From NCBI GenBank assembly GCA_002269645.1, contig NIVC01001592.1, forward strand, positions 62,001-126,000: a DNA stretch of 64,000 bases, read 5' to 3'. The position numbers and the translations under genes are program-made. The stretch is from Macrostomum lignano (taxonomy: Eukaryota). Below, piece after piece: positions 34,098 to 45,653 of this stretch; position 1 is the first letter of the stretch, and every line of letters begins with the position of its first letter. The notes under the pieces were generated by a model, which saw only the letters and a list, made by a program, of their open reading frames with translations, did no database searches and was not told where the DNA came from.

Positions 34098-34820
34098 ATG
34101 GCCGAAGCCCCTCTTCGGGTGTATCCAAGGAAACGCATCTATGGCCAAGGAAGAAGACAGGAGCAAGATGAGAATGAGCCCCCGCGAATTAGGGCCGTAC
34201 AATTGGCAGAGCGAGGAGAAGAACATAAGAGGCGGAAATTAGAGCAACCGGAAGAGGGCGGTGAGCCCGAAGGAAAACTGGTCGTGGACATAGACTTGGA
34301 AGAGTTGGAAAGGGAGACGGAAAGAGAGGAAGAAGCGTTCCGAGAGGAGATGGCCAGATTCATGGAAGAGGTGCGACAGTATGAGGAAGGAAGCCAGCAG
34401 GAAGATGGATTAGAGGAAGAAGAAGAGCAACAGCAACCAGCAGAGGAGCCAGCCGAGCCGCAAGTAGACCCAGAGGAGCAAAAGAGGAAGTTTCGACGCT
34501 GCCGCCGGGCCCTCAAGAAGTACATACTAAGGACGGGTAAGACCGGTATGTTCGAAACCGAATTACCCGAGGCCTGCGCGTGTTTCTTAACGACAGCAAC
34601 CAAGGAGGAGGCAATTAAGTGCTACGAAATAGCCTGTACCTATTGCCTTCAGTATGCGGAAAGTAACGCACGCGGCCCCTTCAGTATGAGCGTCACCATG
34701 GAGCAACTAGAGTTCTTGGCGGGAAAATTCGACCCGGAGCGCCAAATGATCCCGGTCAACGGCTTATTGTATGCATCGGCGCAAAACACTAATAATCTTC
34801 GGCCTGTACACGACATCTAA
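34098..34820 (+). CDS. Third ORF of the Gypsy element, 240 aa, acidic and hydrophilic, function unknown
   Basis: ATG lies 3 nt after the pol stop and inside the LTR boundaries. Basic NLS-like patches (PRKR, HKRRK), Glu-rich middle and Cys-containing C-terminal domain. No signal peptide or TM helix is evident. Confidence 0.75.
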   Translation: MAEAPLRVYPRKRIYGQGRRQEQDENEPPRIRAVQLAERGEEHKRRKLEQPEEGGEPEGKLVVDIDLEELERETEREEEAFREEMARFMEEVRQYEEGSQQEDGLEEEEEQQQPAEEPAEPQVDPEEQKRKFRRCRRALKKYILRTGKTGMFETELPEACACFLTTATKEEAIKCYEIACTYCLQYAESNARGPFSMSVTMEQLEFLAGKFDPERQMIPVNGLLYASAQNTNNLRPVHDI

Positions 34821-36079
34821 CTAGAGTAATCGAACTGCATTTTACTATATATTGGCTATTTTTACCATCTCTTGGGACAAATTGCATTAAATCGCTGCCT
34901 TGCTTTAATCATAGCACTTCCTTTTTTTTTACACAAGGACCTGTCCACATTTTACGTTGCGTGCAGTTTTCTAATTTTGATATGTCTACATGTCATTCTT
35001 AATAGTGCCAACATGACTCAATCCGATGCTAATAAGACACACACCACTTATGCTTATATCTTGTTGTTGTAGTGTGCTGAAAATTTTTTTTCTCTTTGTT
35101 TTGTTTTAGCAATATAGCAATATGCAACTTAATATCAATAATTCATTATATATCCTGCATTGTACTCTAATTGTCTAGGAATTCATGTTTACGCATTACA
35201 TTTTCATATTCATAATAGTTGCTTACTTAATCCCTATATTCAGTACATCGCTGATAAGCGCACTAATACTTATTACGTAACTAAAATTTTGAAAATAAAT
35301 ATAATCATCAATGTACAAAAGGGGGTTTTGCACATTTGTTTAGCGAGGGGGAGGTGTAGTAGGGCATTATTTTAGGAACGGGAAATTTTGTGGGTTTAAA
35401 TATGCTTTTACCCTACTATCAGTAGTTTCAACCCGGGAAAATAATTAGAGCGGGGTTAAGTGGATAAAATTGGGGTTCCTTTAGAACTACAGAGCAGTTG
35501 GGCTCTCGGGAAAGAAAACTCGGACCTTCGTTGGAGTGTCTTCTCCTGTTTAAACTTAGAGATTTCACGAAGAAGTGGTAAGGAAAGGGAAATATAAGGG
35601 TTAGGCTTGCACAAGAGGAGTCTTGCCTCTAATTATTGGGAATCTTGCCCAACGCACAACGGGAATAAAATTAGGGAATTAATGTAAAACAAAATAACCT
35701 TTTGTACGCATTCTCTTTATTATTAAAATATTTCCAACTGTTAACTATAATCTTTGGTGTCCTGACTCACTTCTTTAATCTAAAATACTAGAATTAGGGA
35801 AAGCAGGAAACCTGGTGGCAGCGAAACTACCAAATCTCAAATCAGTACAGCAGATAATCCACTCATAATCCTTAGCAATAGAAACCAGTAGCTTAGCCGC
35901 GGTTACACGCCCATTCCAAAGGATTATCACAGTTTGCAGTTTTTTTAAAAGCTTTTGTGTTGCTGAATTTCTATATAACAAAATTAGGCATAAGCAACAG
36001 TTATATTTTCTCCCCCGTAATTTACGAATTCAGGAACATCTCTCAATTTCAAGTGCCATTTCCTATCGAGCAAGGGACA

Positions 36080-36413
36080 GAGTATAGCTCAGCGGTAAAC
36101 TCGTCCGACTCCCGACCACGACCGCGATTCGATTCCGCGGTGCCCGACGGCATTCATTTCGGGCTTTGTTTTTGAAAATTGGCTCTGAGGGTTTGTCGTA
36201 CGATTCACCCCCGTGATGGCCAAGGCGCAGAGAGAGTGCATGCGCCTGACGATTTGAAAGCGTGTGTATAAGTGAGTGCGAGCCTGCGAACAGATTGGCG
36301 CGCTTGTATATGTTCAGGAGTCAGCGGTATGGTCAGAATTGCGGGACGATGTCGCCAAAAGGCGTTGCTTCAGGGCATCCACAGGCTTCTTGGGAATGAT
36401 AATAATAATAATA
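36080..36413 (+). mobile_element. tRNA-derived SINE, family 1, with (ATA)n tail
   Basis: TAGCTCAGCGG A box and GATTCGATTCC B box; body similar to 22710-23064; AAT-repeat tail. Confidence 0.65.
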
Positions 36414-36417
36414 CTAA

Positions 36418-36858
36418 CAACAACAACAAAATACGCTGTCAAGATGGCAAAAGTCAGCGTCACAGGGTGCGCTTCATGGCTTGGGCGCGAACAAAGGCCG
36501 CGCCACCGGCAGTGTCCGGGGCGCCGGCGTCAGCCAGCAGACAGTCGACATAACGCCGAGTTCGCACTTGACCTCGCCGGTAGGGTGCCTGCAGCGTGAG
36601 CAGCAGCACCTCCTGCACCGGCTGTGGGCAGTACGACTCAGCGCGGATGAGATGGCCTGCGAGCTTGGACGTGGCAGGCCAGCGCGGCGATAGAGTGCCG
36701 CGTTGGTGACTCGCTCGACGCTGATGTTGAAGGCGGCGCGCAGCAGGCCAGCGTGCACCGCATCGACTTGCTGTTCGAGTGAGTCCGTCAGCGTCCAGGT
36801 CTCGGCATTGTACAGCAGGACGGTCTCGATTACCGCCTGGAACAGCGCCGCCCTCGCA
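36418..36858 (-). mobile_element. 3' fragment of the same RTE-like LINE family
   Basis: Highly similar to pieces of 25665-26729 but collinear. (AAC)n tail on the plus strand. 11-bp TSD AATAATACTAA at 36407-36417 and 36859-36869. Confidence 0.87.
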
Positions 36859-37386
36859 AATAATACTAAGCAAAACTAAAAATATCCTAAACGAACCTCT
36901 CAAGACTTCAAAAGAGCTCCCGAAAGACTTGGATGCGCAAGAGCCAACATACGTCGAAATAGAAGCTTTAAATATTAGTATGTCGAAATATCCTAGAAAC
37001 CTTGAATCTTTTGTTAAGATCAACTCTTAAAAATCTAAACTGTCTCCGAACTGGGGAATATGAATTTCCGTATTCCTCTCACAGCTACCCCAATGCTTCA
37101 AGGCATTAAACGCCTTTTTTGGTAATTGATTTCAACTTGTTGATCGTGGTAAGGGGGGCAATAGCTTGAATTAAAAAGGTAAAGGAAGGCCTAGGCTTTT
37201 ACCAGGGTTAGATAGAATAGCTTTTTGTTTGCTTTTCGGTTGCTTTAGCGACGGATTGCAGAAAGCTATAGCTGCTTCTATCTAATTGTCGGGCTCTATT
37301 TATAATGCCTGACAATCGCGCACGGAATCTAAGAGACTGATCTCCTGATCGTACAACTCATACAAGACACATATTGGGGTAAGTTA

Positions 37387-38020
<634 letters not shown>

Positions 38021-38034
38021 CGCTCGTTACAGTC

Positions 38035-39045
38035 ATGCCTCCTGCCAGGCTGTGGCTACTGGCAGTCACTGCTGTGAACCTGGCGGCTCTGGCCAGGTGC
38101 CAAGCTCAAACCAGCGATCAGGTTTTTCGGCAAGCCGATGTGCTCTGCGCCCCGGACGATTACCCGTCCGCGATCGCTCGCCTCACCGTCTACTCGGAGA
38201 CTCACTGCGCCATCATCGCCTCGGAGGAGGCCAACACTGGTGTTCTGGTGGCGCAGTTCAACAAGGCCACTCTCACCTGCTCCGTCTTCAAGTACCAGTC
38301 CATCTGTCAAAATCTTGTGCCCGGAGAACTAACCGACTGTGTGGTGTTCTTTAGGTTTCCCATCGACCTGGGGCAGCTGAACCCGAAGCTCAACAATGTG
38401 TGGCTGGGCGACCCCGTGACTCGATTGGAGAACCTGGTGTGCCAGGCGTTCGAGGACGCCAACAGGCTGATGCCATTCGACATTGAGTGGTCCAGCGAGG
38501 GCGCCGTTTTCGACGGTCTTTCGTCCCACGCCGTGTTGAACCAGTCCAGCCTGAACTTCTCTGCCGGTGCCACCTGGCTGATAAGATTCAAGCGCCTGCC
38601 CCAGACTCAGCCCATTCTGGAGTTCTTTCCCTGCAACGACTCGAGTATGGTTTCATGGAAAGGCATCCACATGGTCGAGTGGGATGCGCCCAGGAAGATG
38701 TACGTCCGCGCCAACCGGATCACGGGCAGCCCGCTGCCCTACTTGTACTCGGCCATCGACCAGCTGTCCGGCGACCCGAACGAGTGGCTGAATCTTGGCT
38801 TCACCACAGTCGGTGGCTCCTACAAGTTCTTTGTGATGAACGCCTTCCTGCCGCCCAACATGATTTGGCCGTTCGATGACAACGACTTTTGCTCCGTGCA
38901 GAACGGCAACCTCTGCCTGTACCTGGGTAAGCGAGTGAACCAACCGGCTGACCAGTTCTTCAAGGGCACCGTGAGGGCGGTGGCCTTCGCCAGCGGGAGC
39001 CTCACGGAGCAGGAGATTCGCGAATTCTTCGACCTCGTTCAGTGA
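38035..39045 (+). CDS. Secreted protein with a C-terminal concanavalin-A/LamG-like beta-sandwich domain
   Basis: Intronless 336-aa ORF with a hydrophobic N-terminal signal peptide and Cys-containing N-domain. FDGLSS..., W..(L)GFT and FKG.....AF....LTEQEI are LamG-like motifs. TTACAG acceptor 2 nt before the ATG; AATAAA at ~39057. Confidence 0.72.
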   Translation: MPPARLWLLAVTAVNLAALARCQAQTSDQVFRQADVLCAPDDYPSAIARLTVYSETHCAIIASEEANTGVLVAQFNKATLTCSVFKYQSICQNLVPGELTDCVVFFRFPIDLGQLNPKLNNVWLGDPVTRLENLVCQAFEDANRLMPFDIEWSSEGAVFDGLSSHAVLNQSSLNFSAGATWLIRFKRLPQTQPILEFFPCNDSSMVSWKGIHMVEWDAPRKMYVRANRITGSPLPYLYSAIDQLSGDPNEWLNLGFTTVGGSYKFFVMNAFLPPNMIWPFDDNDFCSVQNGNLCLYLGKRVNQPADQFFKGTVRAVAFASGSLTEQEIREFFDLVQ

Positions 39046-40665
39046 TCGACAGCGATAATAAAATGACGACTGGGCTTCAATGTCACCAAGCGATTTTTTC
39101 TAGCCAAGCGTTCACAATTACTATCGTAATAATTTTGACTAAAAGCTTTTTGACGTTAGATTTAGAGGCAGCGAAATGTATTCAAATTGTGGTTTAACTG
39201 GAATTAAAAAATCTGCAATAAATTGGTCATGAGTAAAGTTTTCTTCTTTGAACAAAATCGTCTATACTAAATTATTACATGTATACTAATATACATGTTA
39301 ATTATAAGGCGCCGGTTGTCCAATGCGAAATGAAATTTACATGTAGACTTGATACAAAGGTTAAACATAAATATGGTAATTAATGAGTCGAGTGACATCA
39401 TCTGAAAACATATCGGACGATGTCAACTTGGGGGTCCTTCATGCGCGCTCTCAGGGCCATAGGGCCTACTTCTCGAAGAAGAGCAGCAGCAACAAGATCC
39501 GGCCACTGCATGCGTCCGACCGGGATTCCTAGAGCTTCTCTTTTTTTTAGTCACCGCTTTCTCGTCGGATCTTCTGGAATATCCTGCACAACCTTCTTGC
39601 TGCAGCTGATGCATAAAATTGGACACGAGAGACTTTCTAACTCGTCAGAAATCTATTCCAGAAATATTACATATAATACTACAATGTACATGTGAGACAC
39701 GAAGAGGTGTTCGGGTTTCCCGAAAGGTGTTCAGGATCGGGGTCAACCCCGAACCAAAAAATGGATAAATTTTGCATGGTTGGCCAGTCGGTAATAAAGC
39801 CTAGGGGTATAATATACATGTAGGCTGATAAAATTTATATTAAATGAATAAGTCGATTGGCATTAATTGATTTTTGGTCGTGTCAACAACTGTACAGCGA
39901 TTATGACGTGTACAGATAAAAAAAAGTTTTTTTAAGAATGTCAAATAAAATGCGTTATTTTACATGTTGACATTCAATGTGATTCTGCGATATTGGGTTC
40001 ATGCAAGCATGTAATAAAAAATGAGTAGGTTGATTTAAGATCGTCAAAAAACAAAAACATTATAAATAAAGTTAGATTGACTTTTTATATATTATCTTTA
40101 CCTTTCTAGAACACTGCGCGAAATGAATGCAAGCAAGTTGTTATACCTAACAACATTAGTTAATCAAATTTTAAACAGCTAAAATTTCCGAGAACTTAAC
40201 AATTAATTAAGTAAAGGATACTTAACTTAAGGATAAGTTAAGTTAAGGATACTGATAGTAAAATCCAGTAGTATCTACTACGGCGGTAAATTAATAACTA
40301 CCCTCCCTTCTACGCTAGGTCTAGGCTTGCATAGTTATGTATTGGTAATGCCTTTTTAAAATTAATTGTATGCCTAACCCTACTATTCGATTTTCCATTC
40401 TTAAATCTTTCTGTGTTAAAAGTTAATTTGCATTTGCACCCAATTTCCATTTCCATTGATCTTTCAGCCACTTTTTCAACCAGGCATAGACAGTGACAGC
40501 ACGTGAATAACATTGAAAAAGCTGAAATTATAATGAACACAACAGTTTCATATTTGTTGGGTACAAGTACAAGTTGCAGCAACAATTTTTTGCTATTTGG
40601 CAATAATGACTTTTTAGTTTTGTACATTTTCAATTTTTGCCTGCTGTGGCAACAAATATATTTGC

Positions 40666-40834
40666 TAGTGGCGGATCCAGAAGGGGGTGGGGTGCAGCTG
40701 CCCCCTCTTTTGACATGGCTGAACTTGCATATAAGGGGGTAGGTGGGGGTATAGCAATTTTGGGCTTTTTTGGGCCAACCCAAAAGTTGGGCAAAAATCT
40801 ATCCCCTACTTTAAGAATTCTAGATCCACCACTG
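40666..40834. mobile_element. hAT-type MITE, family B, 169 bp
   Basis: TIR (T/C)AGTGG(C/T)GGATC. 8-bp TSD ATATTTGC at 40658-40665 and 40835-40842. Confidence 0.85.
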
Positions 40835-40896
40835 ATATTTGCAACAATTAACTTTGATTTGAGTGATAGAAAAAATATTTCATTGTTGCCTACCTG

Positions 40897-41194
40897 CACA
40901 CATGCGCAACCTCCAAAATTCGGTCGGCCGTGCGACTTAGTTTTAACAAAAATGCGACGTAGTTTTTGGCCAAAAATGCGACTTGCATGTAAAAAAAACC
41001 GTAAAGCAAAATTAACGCAACTTTGGGTAAACGGCAGGAGTAACTATGACTCTCTTATTAAGCCAAAATGCCTCGTCAGCTACTTAGTACCACTACTTGG
41101 GTGTTTTTCGGGTGGGCATTTTTGCGACTTCCTTGGTTGGTCGCCAAATCGGTCGGCCGGATCGGCCGACTCGGCCGACTGTTGCGCATGTATG
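40897..41194. mobile_element. hAT-type MITE, family A, long copy carrying a 28S rRNA segment
   Basis: TIR CA(C/T)ACATGCGCAAC. 8-bp TSD CCTACCTG at 40889-40896 and 41195-41202. Confidence 0.87.
41025..41088 (+). pseudogene. 28S (LSU) rRNA fragment, helix 69-71 region
   Basis: GGGTAAACGGCAGGAGTAACTATGACTCTCTTATTAAGCCAAAATGCCTCGTCAGCTACTTAGT versus the conserved eukaryotic GGGTAAACGGCGGGAGTAACTATGACTCTCTTAAGGTAGCCAAATGCCTCGTCATCTAATTAGT (recalled, not searched). Confidence 0.85.
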
Positions 41195-42608
41195 CCTACC
41201 TGGCTACCTATAATATATGGCTATGCCTATACCTTGCATTTGGTTTGCAGGGGTGCAGGCCTAACATACCAGTACTTTATTTGTATCACAAAATTATATT
41301 TTATATTATAAATTTTATATTTAAATAATGTCAAAAATGTAAGCAAGGCAGCTATATAAACTTACCTTAGTTTATATTAAAAAGTTTATATGTATGTATA
41401 ATATAATAGTAGGCCCTAGGCCTAAATAGAGGCCAAATTGCTAGCAAATCTAATTTCTAAAGAAGTGCGTATTTAATTTTTTTCAACTAATGAATACCAA
41501 AGCATAGGTCTATTTATTGACATTGTAATAGGAAACACATTTATTTAGTGACACAAATCTAATTTATAAACACAGCACAACTTGTTAGGTAGACAGTGAT
41601 ACAATCAGTAGATAGTATATAAGTACATAGGTAAGTAGATCAGGTGGTATGTAGCAAGCCAGTTAATGATATCCTGTGGCTGGCCATTAGGTTAGCTAGT
41701 TTATGCATTGTAAAATCCATATTACAAAGCTTCTAGGCCTTATGTAACTGCCATGGGAGCACAATAAAAGTTGGCAGAGATGGATGTCTAGCCATCTAGT
41801 TATTACAAGTGATGATCAAGGATTTGATCAGATGATCTAAAACTATAATTAAACTGAATAGTTTCATGTTATTAAATGTGTCTCCCATCACAATAAACAC
41901 CTGGTTTTTTATTAAAAATTTTATGCCATTGGCATAATAGCATCAAAATTGTTAGGCCTATGCCATTTTCAATTTCAACATGCCACTGCCATTGGCATAA
42001 AAGGTAAAATAGCACTTTGTGAGCCTATATTAGTATTTCCTTTCAGATTCACATGCATGGGAATGATAATAGCTTGTCAGTTTGGCAACTAGCAGGTATG
42101 TCATTGGCATCTAATGTGGCAATGGCATAATAGCAAAAAAATTGTTATGCCAACATCAAAATCATTATGCCATTTTTAATTTTGACATGTCATGGCATGC
42201 CTAATATAAAAAAAACCTAGATAAATATACTTTGGCATTCATTTAAGTTGAAAAATAATTAAAAATGCACTTCTTTACAATTGCCAAATTGCCAATCATG
42301 TTATATGCATACTAGATAAAAAACAAAGGCTTAAACCATTTTTACATTAGTAAACAAAGTAAGAATGGCTTTATTTGCATCTATTTGATCATCAAGACAA
42401 CTTGCTTTATACAAAAATGTATCTATCATAGCAAACATACTTATATAAACAAAATATAACTAACTTTAATAAATAGTTAAAAATAATTCAACCCTATTGG
42501 AATAAATTTATATAACCTGCAGACATATGACACAGGGTCTAAAATTGTAGCTCAAAAATTTGATGTGACACAGAACATGGTAACTTTTGCATTGAATATA
42601 GGTGTAGT

Positions 42609-42671
42609 ACTAATTAGATGATGAGGCATTTAGCTTTATTAAGACAGTCATAGTTACTCCTGCCATTTACC
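42609..42671 (-). pseudogene. Second 28S rRNA helix 69-71 fragment, inverted and more CpG-decayed
   Basis: Reverse complement reads GGTAAATGGCAGGAGTAACTATGACTGTCTTAATAAAGCTAAATGCCTCATCATCTAATTAGT. Confidence 0.8.
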
Positions 42672-44259
42672 TAAAACCTGCACCATGTTGCAACACGCCC
42701 TAGCCCCAAAGCAATACTAGAAAATTCCAAAATTGCAATGGATGGTCAGACAGCAGAGATGCCTTTGTCCACTTATTCTAATATGGTAATTAAAATAATA
42801 CATGTTTTGACTAAAATTGTTAATTTAAATTGTTCTATTTATTTATATCTGGCTTTAGTCTTTACATGTTCTAGAAGCATTTGGAGTGTTTGTTTATAAT
42901 CATTTAGGATCATATACAGAGGATCTAGGCCAAATATGTATTTAGGCCAAAATGTTATTTTTTATTTCATTCATACTATATATATACTAAGTATATACCA
43001 CTTTCTTTGACTACTTTGAGTCTTAACCAAAGTATATGAATATTCTTAACTGAGAATTAACTGAAAAAAAGAACTGAGAACTTAGGGAAACTGAGAATCA
43101 TGACTCATGATCTTCTTTGGACTAGAAGTATTGTAGATCCCAATGCCAAAATCCTATGATCTTAGCAGAAATTATGATCCTTATCTTCCTTCTTAATCTT
43201 AAAAAATCATCTTATCTAACCTTTCTATATTCTTATAATATAATCAAAATCTTTCTTTATGCTTATAATATAGTCAGTTGTGATCTTGATCCCACTTTTA
43301 TAATCCTAAATTCAAGGATTCTATCCAAAATTGAAATCCTAATCTTAGCCAATCCCAAATATATTGACCCAATACTAAACTTCTAATATATACCCAAAGA
43401 GAATAGTATGCCATCCTTAGGCATTTATTAATATAAACTATATTCTATTATATTAGATAGCAATTATGTTTTTACATTATTAGAAAATAAAAGTATTAAA
43501 ATGAATTTGAAATATATATAGAAGTATAAAATTATTTAATGATACAAAATCAAAGACAATTGAAAGGAATTGTAGAAATTTTTATTGCTTTTGTATATAA
43601 TATGAATGTTTAAATATTTTGTCTCTCTTAGGCTTTATTAAATTTTGCTATTTCAATTTTTCAGACCTTTAGTTTTTATTTTAATCTCCCATTAAAAAGT
43701 ATACAGCTATTTTTTAATTGCATATTATAGTGCATCTTATTCATGTATGTTAGACATAGCCATTGTATATTTAGCTAATTTGATTTCACTAGGGGGCCTA
43801 GCTATTTTTTATTTATAATAGCTAGGCCTATAATTGTAAGTATATATATAATATAATATTCAACAATATTCACATTTAATATTCATAATACAATATGCTA
43901 TCAATTATTAAAAGCTAAATGCCATCCATTATGCCAATTGTTGAGCACATACTTGTACAAGTGTGTTTATACTCAGACACACATAGGGTGTGCAGCAGTC
44001 CTGACTTTCAAATCAATAGGAATGTACACTCTGAGCCTTGGGGGGGGGCTTATGCACGTGAATCTCATGACAACTCACTGGTTAATTTTCATACACAAGC
44101 TCAAAATAAAATATGGTGGCACATAGAATTGAACCAAAGGGGATAGATGCAAAGACTAGGTGCAAAGAATCTAACATCTGCAGCTCAAGTGGTTTCTATA
44201 GTAATTCTTCTTCCACAAAAAACTGTTCCATGTGCATGTGTGTGGGAACTACTCTTCTG

Positions 44260-44960
44260 TTGCGACAGAACAGTATCCAATGAAAATGGTACCTAGGACA
44301 AGAAGTGTCCCAGAGTCACTTGTGTCACCCCAGAGTTGGTTCAGAGTCGTTGCAGGTAACACAGGTAAAATCGGAGAGAAGTGGCTCTAAACAGCTTTAA
44401 AAATATGAGATGTTACAGTAAAAGTTGGCAAAAATCTCATCAAAGACAGAGTCGCCTTTAAGGACCTGGTTCGCATTGCTTCTATTAGCTCTGCGGGTCC
44501 ACTGCGGGTCCAAGATTGCTCAAATCAATGTTCCATCAATGTTCAAATCAGAATTTCAAAACATTTCATAGATGGTAGTGTGAACCAGCCTTAAGAGTCT
44601 ATTTGATAAGACGTTTTATTGCCTGCGACTCTAGGGCGACGCAAGTCACTCTGGGACACTTCTTCTGTTGCCATAGAGTAGAGTCGTGTCTGAGGCGTGC
44701 CTGAGTCGCTGTAGAATCACTGAGTCGCGTCAAAATCACATCTGCGTCACTTTATGGTCGATTTTTGGACGACTTTTCGCGACTCTTATACGATTCTGCA
44801 ACTCTCGTGATGCGTTCGTGACTCAACAGTCACCTCTCCGTCGCATCAGACGTCTTTGAGTCGTTAAAAAGTCACAAAAGTCTCCCCAGAAGTCCCCCTA
44901 GAGTTACTAGTGAGGCGTTTGAAATGACTTTAGCGATTCTTGTCACAGTGTCACGGTAAC
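44260..44960. repeat. GAGTC/GACTC-rich dispersed repeat with internal inverted repeats; related inverted copy at ~48940-49290
   Basis: AGAAGTGTCCCAGAGTCACTTG at ~44261 is nearly inverted at ~44642. GCAGGTAACACAGGTA is shared in reverse orientation with ~49220-49240. Confidence 0.55.
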
Positions 44961-45034
44961 GTTTTCAACGGAATAGCATGGCATTTATGTTTCAATTTTC
45001 TAGCGTAAAGAAGACCGATTGCGAATTTTGTATA

Positions 45035-45653
45035 TACTCAGCAACAGCTAAACCCCCCCCCCCCACTCACGCTGTCACACGGCCTAAAAGTTTTGTATGC
45101 CATCGGTGACTCAGAAATGTGTGAAGGCTGCCGCCGCCAGACGCGAGCGCAAAGTGCAGCATGGGGGATTTGGGGAGGGGGTGGCGCAACTCAACCCACT
45201 GGTGGCTGCATTGCTGCAAAGTTTCTGCCATTTGCTACGACAACCTTTGGCGGCCAGCAGAACTGCATGCTTCAAGACGACAACGCTGCGCCACATCGAG
45301 CAGCACACGTGCAGCTGCTGAAGGAGCAGCTCGGCATTCGCACATTGAACTGGCCGTCAAAGTCTCCAGACATGAACCCCATCGAGCATGTCTGGGACTT
45401 TGTAAAGGAAGAGTTCAGCAGGATGCCCCACAGAATGCTGAACAGTTGCGACTGGCGGTGCTGAATGCCTGGCAGCAGCTGCCCCAAGAGTTCATCAACC
45501 GGCTGGTGATCAGGATGCCACGACGAGTCACGGCACTTTTGCATGCTCGTGGTTCCTACACACGATACTGAGACTAGAATTAAAGACATTGCTTAACTTT
45601 TGTGCCCGTGTGACAGCGTGAGTTGGGGGGGGGGGTTTAGCTGTTGCTGAGTA
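45035..45653 (+). mobile_element. Internally deleted Tc1/mariner element
   Basis: About 60-bp TIRs (TACTCAGCAACAGCTAAACCCCC...) flanked by TA. Frameshifted transposase C-terminus QDDNAAPH...WPSKSPDMNPIEHVW (DD34E type). Confidence 0.9.

Larger units (their letters stand above)
27412..35918 (+). mobile_element. Full-length Ty3/Gypsy LTR retrotransposon, 8507 bp
   Basis: LTRs 27412-27977 and 35355-35918 (TG...CA). 4-bp TSD AAGG at 27408-27411 and 35919-35922. PBS TGGTGGCAGC at 27980 (tRNA-Leu-like). Polypurine tract AGCGAGGGGGAGG before the 3' LTR. Intact gag and pol in PR-RT-RH-IN order. Confidence 0.96.

Noticed and set aside
34098-34820. ORF3 as an envelope gene
   Set aside because: No signal peptide, furin site plus fusion peptide or transmembrane anchor is visible.
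36080-36150. tRNA genes here and at ~22993-23064 and ~60083-60145
   Set aside because: A and B boxes are present, but no convincing cloverleaf forms and each continues into a shared repeat body with a simple-repeat tail, so they are SINE heads.
40310-40783. 157-aa minus-strand ORF
   Set aside because: Its 5' third is the hAT MITE and no domain is recognisable; a small real exon within it cannot be excluded.
41025-41088. A functional rRNA gene
   Set aside because: Only ~64 bp match, with substitutions in invariant positions and no surrounding rDNA.
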